36,044 nt of DNA from Capsulimonadales bacterium (lineage in GTDB: Bacteria > Armatimonadota > Armatimonadia > Armatimonadales > Armatimonadaceae): NCBI GenBank assembly GCA_033762295.1, contig JANRLW010000049.1, positions 1 through 36,044 on the forward strand. The letters run 5' to 3'. The translations under genes and the position numbers were made by a program. The stretch's first letter is position 1, and every line of letters starts with the position of its first letter. The notes beneath the pieces are model-generated. The model made no database searches. It was not told the origin of the DNA and saw nothing but the letters and a program-made list of their open reading frames with translations. Below, piece by piece: positions 28,161 to 36,044 of the stretch.

Positions 28161-28760
28161 TTACAGTGTCCGGCGTCCCTCGAAGGCCTGAATCAGCGTT
28201 GCCTGGTCGGCGTAGTCCAGGTCACCGCCGACGGGAACGCCATGGGCGATGCGGGTCACGCGCGGTACGAGATTTTTGAGCAGTCCGGCCAGGTACATCG
28301 CCGTGGCATCCCCTTCGACATTGGGGTTGGTCGCCAGGATGATCTCCTCGACCGGATGGGCGGTCAGGCGGGCCAGCAGTTCCCGGATCTTCAACTGGTC
28401 GGGGCCGATCCCTTCCATCGGAGAGATAACGCCGCCCAGAACGTGGTACTTCCCCCGGAATTCGCCGGTCTTTTCCATGGCGATCAGGTCGCGCGGATCG
28501 GCGACGACGCAGATCTGCTCCTCGGAACGCCGGGGGTCCCGGCAGATATCGCACCGGTCCCGGTCGGTGAAGTTGAAACAGGTCTGGCAGAACCCGATGC
28601 GGGCCTTGACATCCAGAATGGCTTCCGCCAGCGAGCGCGATTCCTCATCGGAGAGACGGAGGACGTAAAAGGCGAGCCGTTGCGCGGATTTGGGTCCGAT
28701 TCCGGGGAGTTTCTCAAATTCGGCAATGAGACGGGCGAGGGGACGGGCGTAGTAGTTCAT
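28161..28760 (-). CDS. recR: Recombination mediator RecR
   Basis: LPGIGPKSAQRLA, CQTC..CDIC zinc finger, ATNPNVEGDATA and DLDYAD. Confidence 0.97.
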   Translation of the reverse strand: MNYYARPLARLIAEFEKLPGIGPKSAQRLAFYVLRLSDEESRSLAEAILDVKARIGFCQTCFNFTDRDRCDICRDPRRSEEQICVVADPRDLIAMEKTGEFRGKYHVLGGVISPMEGIGPDQLKIRELLARLTAHPVEEIILATNPNVEGDATAMYLAGLLKNLVPRVTRIAHGVPVGGDLDYADQATLIQAFEGRRTL

Positions 28761-28779
28761 CAGAGTTATTCAGGGAAAG

Positions 28780-28805
28780 GGATACGGAGATTTGTCTCCG
28801 TATCC
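28780..28805. other. 11-bp perfect hairpin between ybaB and recR
   Basis: ggatacggaga-tttg-tctccgtatcc, followed on the minus strand only by cttt. Weak terminator or mRNA-stabilising stem. Confidence 0.5.
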
Positions 28806-28818
28806 GTTACTCCGCCGA

Positions 28819-29190
28819 TCAGAAGAGTCCCGGAATATTGAGGCCGGGAATGTTGGCGGGCATCAGTTTCCGCTGTTCCTCCTCGCGCACCTCGGCGGCC
28901 TTTTCCAGGGCTTCGCGGAGGGCGGTGACGATGAGGTCCTCGAGCATTTCGACATCCTCGGGATCGACGGCTTCCTTTTTGATTTTCACTTCCAGAACCA
29001 TGCCGTGTCCGTTCACGCTGGCCTTGACGGTTCCGCCACCGGACGAGCCATCGAACGAAGCCGAGTCGAGTTTTTCCTGCATTTTCTCGGCGTCGTCCTT
29101 GAGCTTCTTCTGCATGTCCTGAATCATCTTCATCATACCGGGGCCGCCGAGGTTGCCCATGCCGCCGCCGCCTGCGCCTTTAAGAGCCAT
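28819..29190 (-). CDS. ybaB: YbaB/EbfC family nucleoid-associated protein
   Basis: SGGGTVKASVNG and VDPEDVEMLEDLI; canonical position between dnaX and recR. Confidence 0.95.
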   Translation of the reverse strand: MALKGAGGGGMGNLGGPGMMKMIQDMQKKLKDDAEKMQEKLDSASFDGSSGGGTVKASVNGHGMVLEVKIKKEAVDPEDVEMLEDLIVTALREALEKAAEVREEEQRKLMPANIPGLNIPGLF

Positions 29191-29285
29191 TTGAGTATTC
29201 CTTTCCGCCTGCCGCTGACGGCAGTCAACATCTCCGTGATTTTACACTACCCGACCGAAGTTTGCCGCGCCGGGTTGCGTCGGCT

Positions 29286-31844
29286 TCAATCGGCGACGAT
29301 TTCCCCGCCGAAGATTTCGAGGATGTCCTGGATGAGGGGGTTCTTCAGCGCGGGATGATCGACGGCCGGTTCCTCCCGGTAGGTCGACGGTTCGGACGGC
29401 GCGGGTCGTCCTCCGACGGCCGGATGGCGTTCGAAGGCCGGAGCGGGGGAATCGTTTCGACGGGACGCGGTGGCGAAATGTCCTTGCGGGGGGGTGGCCG
29501 CGGGGGGACGGTATTCGGGCAGGGCGAACTCGCCGGCGGGCCGGTCGTTCGGAGACGTTTCGGCATCGAGGGCGTCAATGGCCGCCAGCGGATCATAATC
29601 CCGTTTCTTCGCCTTCTCTCGTCGCACGGGGGGAGGAGGCGCGTTTTCGGCAAGAACAAACCGGACCGACAATCGTTCGACGCGAAGGCATCGAGCGAAC
29701 AGTTTCCGAACGAACTCCTGCGCTTTCGGCGTGTTCATCATGTCGTACTGAAAACGACCGGGGAAGACGATTTCGAGGGTGTTTCGGAAAACCCGTTCCG
29801 GATGCGCGGAGGACATCATGATCTCGGTTTTACGGGACAGACGGCGGGCATCCATCAGAAAGCGGGGCCACGCCCGGTAAACGTCCTCGATCGTGAACAG
29901 GTCGGGTTCCTCGGGTTGCGGCGCGACCTCGGCCGGTTCGGCAACCGAACGCACTACGGGAGTGCGGGTCGCGAACCGTGGGGGCGGGGGAACGGGGGAG
30001 GCGGCCAACGTATCGGTTTCTCCGGGGTCCGGTCCGAGATAGTAGTTTTCCTCGGCGGACACCGACGGAGCATCGAGTCGGTCGACCACACCGTCCGCTT
30101 CCTCCGCTTCTTCCGATGGCGGCGCGGCTTCCGCTCCGATCCCCTGGTCGTCCGCCCCTATTTCCGCCGGGGTTTCTTCGATCGGGCGAAAGGTGTCGGG
30201 AGCAGGCGAACCTGCTCCCACCTCCGTTTCATCAAACAGGCCGAAGCCGGAGGGAACCGGTTCGGCGGTAAGCGACGATTCGACGGCCTCGTTCGGCGCG
30301 GCAACGACGACGGGGGGCGTCGGGGCGATGAACTCCGGCTCGTCATCGAAGAGACCGGGACCGACGTAGGGAGGCTCGGCGGGGGATTCGGTGGCGTCCT
30401 CACCGAACAGATCGATACCGGCATCGACAGTGGCCGGGTTGAGCGACGGAACGGCGGCGACCGTCGTCCGGTCGGGCGTTTCCGGAAGAGTTTCCGCGAC
30501 CGGACCGTCGTCCTCGGGAAACTCCGCTTCGTCCTCGTCGGCACGATCGTCCGCGAAAAACGAGGGTTCGAGACCCGGTTCGAGACCCGGTTCGAGACCC
30601 GGCTCGGGCGGACCGTCGACGGGTTCGTGCGGCGGAGCGACGGTCGGAAACGGAGCAAGGTTTTCCGGAAGAAGGATCGGCGCGGCGGTGAGGTCGGCCG
30701 GCGGCGCGGCGGAAAAGACGATCGGCGCGACCGGAAGGGGGGCGTCGGGCGCGTCGCCGATCGTCATCAGTTTCAGGAAGGCGAGTTCGACCAGGAGCCG
30801 ATGCTGGTTATTCCACCGGGTTTCGCCCTGGGTTTCGTTCAGAATATCGATCGCCTTCAGCATCTGCGGTTCGGTGAAGGCCTGGGCCTGACGCTGAAGT
30901 CCGGCGACCTCCTCGGGGGTGAGTTCGGCGGCGACAGCGGGGCCGCCGACCTTGGCGAGAAGGAGATCGCGGAAGTGGGCGGCGAGCGTTCGGAGGAGGG
31001 TACGGGCCTCTTTACCGGCGTCCAGCATCTGCCCGGCGAGGGTAAATGCGGCGGCGGCATCGCGGTTGGCAACGGCGGTGGTGATCCTGGCAAGCGATTC
31101 GGTGTCCAGGGTGCCGAGGACGGTGACGACCTCGCCGGCGGAGAGCCGCTTCGGCGAAAAGGCGAGCACCTGTTCGAGCAGGGAGAGCGAATCCCGGTAG
31201 GAGCCTTCCGCGCCACGGGCGACCAGGTTCACCGCTTCGGGCGTGAAGGCGACGCCTTCCTGTTCGAGCACGTACCGCAGGCGGGCGGCGATTTCGGCGA
31301 GGGACCCGCGTTTGAAATCGAACTGCTGGCAACGGGACCGGATCGTGATCGGGATGGACTGCGGTTCGGTGGTTGCCAGGATAAAGACGACGTTCTCCGG
31401 CGGTTCCTCCAGGGTTTTCAGGAAGGCGTCTTTGGCATCGGAGGAGAGCTGGTGGGCCTCGTCGATGATGAACACCTTGTAGCGGAGCTCCATCGGGCCG
31501 TATCCGACGGACTTTCGAACCTCTTCGATGTCGGCGACGCCACGATGGGAGGCGGCGTCCATTTCGATCACATCGATGCTGCTTCCGGCGGTGATACTGC
31601 GGCAGGCGGCGCACCGGTTACAGGGTTCGGGCACGGGATGCGTCTGTGACTCACAGTTGAGCGCCTTTGCCAGAAGGCGAGCGATGGTCGTTTTAGCGGT
31701 TCCCCGAGTTCCCGTAAACAGGTATCCGTGCGCTACCCGCCCCGATACCAGGGCGTTTTGCAGGGTTCGCACCACGTGTCCCTGCCCCATGACATCGGCA
31801 AAGGTCTGGGGTCGGTACTTTCGGTAGAGGGATTGGTAGGCCAT
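29286..31844 (-). CDS. dnaX: DNA polymerase III subunit gamma/tau with long acidic Pro-rich linker
   Basis: LYRKYRPQTF, GTRGTAKTT, zinc motif, EMDAAS, IIDEAH, LKTLEEPP and SRC motif. Confidence 0.96.
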   Translation of the reverse strand: MAYQSLYRKYRPQTFADVMGQGHVVRTLQNALVSGRVAHGYLFTGTRGTAKTTIARLLAKALNCESQTHPVPEPCNRCAACRSITAGSSIDVIEMDAASHRGVADIEEVRKSVGYGPMELRYKVFIIDEAHQLSSDAKDAFLKTLEEPPENVVFILATTEPQSIPITIRSRCQQFDFKRGSLAEIAARLRYVLEQEGVAFTPEAVNLVARGAEGSYRDSLSLLEQVLAFSPKRLSAGEVVTVLGTLDTESLARITTAVANRDAAAAFTLAGQMLDAGKEARTLLRTLAAHFRDLLLAKVGGPAVAAELTPEEVAGLQRQAQAFTEPQMLKAIDILNETQGETRWNNQHRLLVELAFLKLMTIGDAPDAPLPVAPIVFSAAPPADLTAAPILLPENLAPFPTVAPPHEPVDGPPEPGLEPGLEPGLEPSFFADDRADEDEAEFPEDDGPVAETLPETPDRTTVAAVPSLNPATVDAGIDLFGEDATESPAEPPYVGPGLFDDEPEFIAPTPPVVVAAPNEAVESSLTAEPVPSGFGLFDETEVGAGSPAPDTFRPIEETPAEIGADDQGIGAEAAPPSEEAEEADGVVDRLDAPSVSAEENYYLGPDPGETDTLAASPVPPPPRFATRTPVVRSVAEPAEVAPQPEEPDLFTIEDVYRAWPRFLMDARRLSRKTEIMMSSAHPERVFRNTLEIVFPGRFQYDMMNTPKAQEFVRKLFARCLRVERLSVRFVLAENAPPPPVRREKAKKRDYDPLAAIDALDAETSPNDRPAGEFALPEYRPPAATPPQGHFATASRRNDSPAPAFERHPAVGGRPAPSEPSTYREEPAVDHPALKNPLIQDILEIFGGEIVAD
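30565..30600 (+). repeat. In-frame 12-bp tandem repeat (x3) in dnaX
   Basis: (ggttcgagaccc)3, encoding (GLEP)3 on the minus strand. Confidence 0.9.
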
Positions 31845-31858
31845 CGGAAGGACGGCCT

Positions 31859-31867
31859 ATTATAGCA
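31859..31867 (-). promoter_or_regulatory. Extended -10 promoter of dnaX
   Basis: TGCTATAAT on the minus strand, 14 nt before the dnaX ATG. No SD sequence. Confidence 0.65.
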
Positions 31868-32076
31868 GGGGCGAAGGAACGCGAGCAAGGGCGAAACGCA
31901 AAAAGTTGTTCGATAACAGGGTCCGACAGAGAGGGTGGTCACCGCCGATCTCTCGCGGCCGTTTCCGTGACCGTTCCGTGACCGATTCGGGAAACGGGGG
32001 AATTCCGGTTGTCAAAGGTCTTCATAAAGGCGAAATCCGCGGTAAAGAGTATTGCGGAGATCGTACCGGTGTATTG

Positions 32077-34758
32077 ATGGGGAAACTGACCATACGTCTC
32101 TTTGGGACCTTTCGTGCGGAACGGGATGGGACGCCGATTGCGGGCCTCCACCGCCGCGAGGGTAAAAAGCTTCTGGCCTATCTGATCCTGCATCGTGGAG
32201 CGGAGATTACGTATCGTACGCTGGCCGAACGGTTCTGGCCGGCGGAAGCGTTGGGAACGATCGGCGGCGCGGGCGATCTGGTTTCGACCCGCCAGGGAAT
32301 TCACGCACTGCGGTCGGCGCTCGGACCGGACGCCGATTGTTTGAAAACGGTGGGAAAAGGGATCGTTCTTTTCGAATCCGCGGGAATCGATATCGATCTG
32401 GTGGAGTTCGATGAGGCGACGGCGTCCGGCGATCCGGTCAGAATTAACGTCGCTCTGGCGCATTATCGGGGACCGTTGCTGGAGGACTGGTCGGAGCCAT
32501 GGGTGGTTTCCGAGCGTCTTCGACGGCAACAGGCGTTTGAAAAGTGGGGACATGCTCCCGGTTCGGATCGAAGCCGCGATTCGGAACGGACGCCCGTTCG
32601 ACATAACCTGCCGTACGAAGCGGACTCATTTATCGGGAGGGAAGAGGAGATCGAGCGTTTAGGAACGCTTTTTCGTACCGAACGGATGGTCACGCTTTCC
32701 GGGGTGGGAGGGTGCGGCAAAACCCGGCTTGCCCTGGCGTATGCCCGTAGATGCGGCGCGACGGAGGACCGGGTCGATCAAATCGCCCTGACCGAACTGG
32801 CGTCGCTGCGAGAACCGGGTGCGATCGTCGAAGCGATCGGACTCGCGCTCGGACATACGGACACGAACGGTCCGGTTCAGATTCGGACGCTCATTTCGCT
32901 CATCTCCGACCGACGTTTACTGCTGATTATAGATAATTGTGAGCATCAGCAGGAAATATGCGCGGAAATTTGCACGGAGATTCTCCGCTCCTGCCCCAAT
33001 ACTCGCCTCCTGGCGACCAGTCGTGCGGCGCTCCATGTCACCGGAGAACATATGTTCTCCCTGGAAACTTTAACAGTTCCTGACCCGGATATCGCGCGGA
33101 CCGCCGATGCGATCCGGCATTTCGACAGCGTTCGCCTGTTCTCCGAGCGAGCGGCATCGCTCGGTAGCGGCTTCTCCCTGACGGATGCCAACGCCCGCGA
33201 CGTCGCCGAGATCTGCTGGCACCTGGACGGTTTGCCGCTGGCCCTGGAACTGGCGGCAGGTCGGGTGCGGTCGCTTTCGGTCGCTGAGATCAAAGACCGA
33301 TTGATGGATCGTTTTCGGCTGTTAACCGGCGGAGAGCGGAACCGTCCGGCACGACAGCAGACGTTGCGCGCGCTGATGGACTGGTCGTTCGATTTATTGA
33401 CGGAGGACGAGCGACGGCTGTTTCTCCGGCTGTCGGTCTTTGTCGGCGGGGCGACGGCGGAGGCAGCGACGGCGATGGTTTCCGATCGCGGCACCCCGTC
33501 CTGGGAGGTCGCCGACCTGCTGCGTTCCCTGACCGAACAGTCACTGATTCGCGCGGAGGTACGTTCGTCGCCCACCCGGTATTCCATGCTGGAAACGGTC
33601 CGTCAATACGGGTGGGAACGGCTGGCTGAGGGCGGTGAGTGGACGGACGCCCGAAAACGCCATCGGGACTTCTTCCTGGCGTTCGCGGAAACGGGCGAAT
33701 GGGGAACGTCGAGGGAACAAACGGAATGGTTGACCCGTCTGGACGCCGAGTACGACAATCTCCGCGCGGCACTGGAGTGGAGCGCCCAGCAGACGGTCGG
33801 TGAGGCCGGAGAAGCGGTCGGTCGTCTGTTGCGCTCTCTGGCGGCATTGGGACGGCGTCCGAAACCTGTAGCGGCGGTCGATGTACCGGCGGTCTCTGCG
33901 GACACCTTCGCCCTCGGCGAGGAGATCGCGAACCTGGGGCAGCTTGCCGGGACCATCGGACAGCATGCGGTTCGGAATGCGGACGGCGGCGTCGAACGTT
34001 TCGTTCGTCCGTTCCGGGAACGCTGGTGGAACGCGCTGGCATTCTGGGAGACCGTCGTCACCGCCAGTCGTGGTGTGGCGAGCGCATCCCTGACGGACCA
34101 GATCCGGTCGCTTCGTGAGGAGACCGGGGAGAACGAGGGGGAGCTTAGCGGAGGACGCCTCGGGAATCTGGCCCTTTATCAGGGCGATTACGCGACGGCG
34201 GTTCTCTTTTATGAGGATGCGCTCCGGACGTCTTTGGCGGCGGGGGACCTGGAGATGGAAGGGTTTCTTCGGAATCGTCTCGGTACCGCGTTGCTTCACC
34301 TGTCCGATGCCGCCCATGCCCGTCATCAATTCGAGCAATCGGAAATACTGAATCGGTCGATCGGCAGTCTGCTGCTGGCGGTCCGAAATCTGATCGGGTT
34401 CGGTGAGTTAGCGCGTACGGGTCCGGAGCCTTCGACCGCCCGGGTCGGGTTTGGAAAGGCGTTGCGTCTGGTGCCCGCCCTGCGTCGTCCGGTGGAGGAG
34501 GCGCGGCTACTGGAGCACGTGCGCGATCTCTTGCTGGCGGAATTGCGGGTTTCGGAGGCGATTTGTTTGCAGGGCGCGGCAGAGGTTCGCCGCGAGCGGA
34601 GCGGTCGCCCGATGGGCAGGGGTGAATGGCAGAGCCGGGAGGCGTTCGTCCGTTCTGCGGTTTCGCTGGTGGGAGAGGCGGAGTTTGAGCGTGGGGTGAC
34701 GGCGGGTCGTTTGTTGTCCTGGGCGGAGATTATCGATCGGGCGGAACGTCGGGGCTAA
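32077..34758 (+). CDS. AfsR/SARP-like regulator: winged HTH, short BTAD, NB-ARC/STAND ATPase, TPR-like tail
   Basis: IRLFGTF..LLAYL (wHTH), YRGPLLEDWSEPW (BTAD start), HNLP..SFIGRE, GVGGCGKT, LLIIDNCEH, LDGLPLALELAA and RQQTLRALMDWS. Start set at ATG 32077. Confidence 0.88.
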   Translation: MGKLTIRLFGTFRAERDGTPIAGLHRREGKKLLAYLILHRGAEITYRTLAERFWPAEALGTIGGAGDLVSTRQGIHALRSALGPDADCLKTVGKGIVLFESAGIDIDLVEFDEATASGDPVRINVALAHYRGPLLEDWSEPWVVSERLRRQQAFEKWGHAPGSDRSRDSERTPVRHNLPYEADSFIGREEEIERLGTLFRTERMVTLSGVGGCGKTRLALAYARRCGATEDRVDQIALTELASLREPGAIVEAIGLALGHTDTNGPVQIRTLISLISDRRLLLIIDNCEHQQEICAEICTEILRSCPNTRLLATSRAALHVTGEHMFSLETLTVPDPDIARTADAIRHFDSVRLFSERAASLGSGFSLTDANARDVAEICWHLDGLPLALELAAGRVRSLSVAEIKDRLMDRFRLLTGGERNRPARQQTLRALMDWSFDLLTEDERRLFLRLSVFVGGATAEAATAMVSDRGTPSWEVADLLRSLTEQSLIRAEVRSSPTRYSMLETVRQYGWERLAEGGEWTDARKRHRDFFLAFAETGEWGTSREQTEWLTRLDAEYDNLRAALEWSAQQTVGEAGEAVGRLLRSLAALGRRPKPVAAVDVPAVSADTFALGEEIANLGQLAGTIGQHAVRNADGGVERFVRPFRERWWNALAFWETVVTASRGVASASLTDQIRSLREETGENEGELSGGRLGNLALYQGDYATAVLFYEDALRTSLAAGDLEMEGFLRNRLGTALLHLSDAAHARHQFEQSEILNRSIGSLLLAVRNLIGFGELARTGPEPSTARVGFGKALRLVPALRRPVEEARLLEHVRDLLLAELRVSEAICLQGAAEVRRERSGRPMGRGEWQSREAFVRSAVSLVGEAEFERGVTAGRLLSWAEIIDRAERRG

Positions 34759-34768
34759 GAGCGGGCGT

Positions 34769-34797
34769 AAAAAAGGGCAGGGGAGATGTCCCCTGCC
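34769..34797 (-). terminator. Intrinsic terminator of ffs (may also serve the convergent regulator)
   Basis: Minus strand reads ggcagggga-catc-tcccctgcc followed by cTTTTTT. Confidence 0.8.
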
Positions 34798-34811
34798 TGA
34801 AACCAAGTGGA

Positions 34812-34900
34812 TGAGACCACGACACACGGGCCGTACCCCTTAAGGCTGCTGCCTTCCGACCCTGACCTGGTTCGAGGCCGACCCGCTGCCGTATTTCCCA
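34812..34900 (-). ncRNA. ffs: Signal recognition particle RNA (small 4.5S type)
   Basis: Minus strand has CCAGGTCAGGGTCGGAAGGCAGCAGCC (domain IV with GGAA tetraloop). Flanks pair (tacggcagcgggtcg / cggcccgtgtgtcgtg). TATAAT at 34900-34905 suggests the true 5' end is near 34893. Confidence 0.9.
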
Positions 34901-35041
34901 TTATATCGCAACGAAACGGGGAGTGCCATAGGGGTGAACGCGAAGCAAACGGGCAGATAATAATACGTGCAAACAGTTGTTTATTTTTCCATCGATTCTG
35001 TGAACAAAAGTTTGCTTGGCACGCATGTTCACTTGCCCGTC

Positions 35042-35070
35042 TTGACAGGGTTATGCCTCCGCTATACAAT
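35042..35070 (+). promoter_or_regulatory. Near-consensus sigma70 promoter
   Basis: TTGACA (35042-35047), 17 nt, TACAAT (35065-35070). Confidence 0.8.
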
Positions 35071-35330
35071 GTCGGACAGCGGCAGGAAGCGCCAAATCGG
35101 GCAACCGGTGCGGGCGATTCCGGTCCGAGTTGAATTCGTGACCGGCTTCGGGAACTTCCGTCGCTTTTATTTCGGTTTATAGGGGTGACAAATTCAGGGG
35201 TAACGGCGCCCGGACCGCCATTGCCACTGTGTTATTGCCACTATCGCTATCATCCGCCGCCTTTCGGTTGACGGGGACGCCTGACCGTGCCGGGGCGAGC
35301 ATTCATTCAAAGAGTGGGGGGCCAACCGGT

Positions 35331-36044
35331 ATGCCGGCTGCCATTGACATCAAAAACCTGACAAAGCAGTATCCCGTTCCGATGAAGCGTGAAGCGGTCA
35401 ACGCCGTGGATAAGCTGACGCTCCAGGTCGATGAAGGTGAGATTTTCGGGTTCCTCGGCGCGAACGGCGCGGGGAAGACGACCACGATCAAGATTCTTCT
35501 CGGCCTGATCTACCCGACCGACGGAGAGGCCTACGTACTCGGGGCACCTGCCGGCGATATCGGGGTGAAGCACAAGCTCGCTTACCTCCCGGAGTCGCCG
35601 TATTTTTATGAGCATATGACGGCGTTGGAGGTCGTGACGTTTTATGCGCAACTCTTCGGCATGGGCCGTGAGGAAGCGCGACGCAAGGCGGAGGAACTGG
35701 TCGATTTCGTGGGTCTGGGCGGAAAGTCCGACCGGAACAAACGGATCAACGAGTTTTCGAAAGGTATGCGTCAGCGCGTCGGAATCGCCCAGTCGCTGAT
35801 TAACGATCCGAAGGTTCTGTTCTACGATGAACCGACCTCGGGTCTGGACGCGATCGCCCGTCGTGATATCCGCGACCTGATGCTTCAGTTGAAGGCGCAG
35901 GGCAAGACGATGTTCCTCTCCTCCCACCAGCTGGAGGACGTCGCGATGGTCTGCCACCGGGTTTCGATCATTCATAAGGGCAAACTGCGCGTCCTCGGGT
36001 TCGTGGACGAGCTTCTGGCCGGCGAACGAGTGGAGATTTCGGTT
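35331..36044 (+). CDS. ABC transporter ATP-binding protein (ABC-2 type), 3'-truncated by the window edge
   Basis: Not in the ORF track. Manual translation MPAAIDIKNLTKQY...GFLGANGAGKTT...YLPESPYFYEH...FSKGMRQR...LFYDEPTSGLD...LSSH. Confidence 0.93.
   Translation, partial: MPAAIDIKNLTKQYPVPMKREAVNAVDKLTLQVDEGEIFGFLGANGAGKTTTIKILLGLIYPTDGEAYVLGAPAGDIGVKHKLAYLPESPYFYEHMTALEVVTFYAQLFGMGREEARRKAEELVDFVGLGGKSDRNKRINEFSKGMRQRVGIAQSLINDPKVLFYDEPTSGLDAIARRDIRDLMLQLKAQGKTMFLSSHQLEDVAMVCHRVSIIHKGKLRVLGFVDELLAGERVEISV

Noticed and set aside
29262..31649. 795-aa plus-strand ORF with FETRFETR repeat
   Set aside because: Antisense to dnaX; the repeat is the dnaX 12-mer read on the other strand.
29286..31844. 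Programmed -1 frameshift producing the gamma subunit
   Set aside because: I did not find an A-AAA-AAG-type slippery site with a downstream stem after domain III; not supported.
31870..32076. att-like duplication of the ffs 3' end at the left side of the regulator
   Set aside because: No matching sequence was found by eye and there is no integrase, so no mobile element is called.
35016..35036. TGGCAC sigma54-like elements here and at 34923-34928 (minus strand)
   Set aside because: The -12 TTGC is not at the required spacing in either case.
35078..35150. Resemblance to a c-di-GMP-II riboswitch (GGAAGC..GGGCA..GAGTT..ACCGGC)
   Set aside because: The GCAC/GUGC pseudoknot and AGUAGUGCAA core are not present in the right places; kept only as an unexplained leader.
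35307..35975. 222-aa minus-strand ORF
   Set aside because: Shadow of the plus-strand ABC ATPase, which has full Walker and signature motifs.

Overview
A GC-rich bacterial chromosome segment, probably from Armatimonadota. That is inferred from the MWQRFTE-type ClpC N-terminus, a DUF1559/H-X9-DG prepilin-like gene and a BTAD/NB-ARC regulator. It holds mostly core and metabolic genes: a partial clpC-like gene, DUF92, two tandem pilT paralogues, a flavin oxidoreductase, a metallophosphoesterase, a dienelactone hydrolase, a di-haem protein, msrA, a mannonate dehydratase-like enolase, ppgK, an acetamidase, mtaB, a PhyH dioxygenase, hemL, comF, a TIM-barrel isomerase, dnaX-ybaB-recR, the SRP RNA (ffs) and a partial ABC ATPase. 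No CRISPR array, IS element, integrase, tRNA or rRNA was seen. The most notable items are: (1) an ECF sigma factor with a four-CxxC C-terminal extension, next to a secreted YceI/beta-lactamase-fold fusion with all three catalytic motifs altered; (2) a 1217-aa secreted protein with an apparently circularly permuted CBM9-like domain and a GH99/DUF5010-like domain lacking the ExxE pair; (3) a 101-bp perfect identity tract between the two pilT genes; (4) a STAND-type regulator lying between ffs and dnaX; (5) phased ATGAAG repeats upstream of the di-haem gene; (6) a recurrent GGGTACAAT -10 element with probable leaderless transcripts; and (7) an unannotated 59-aa membrane protein. All family assignments come from motif recognition by eye; no searches were run.
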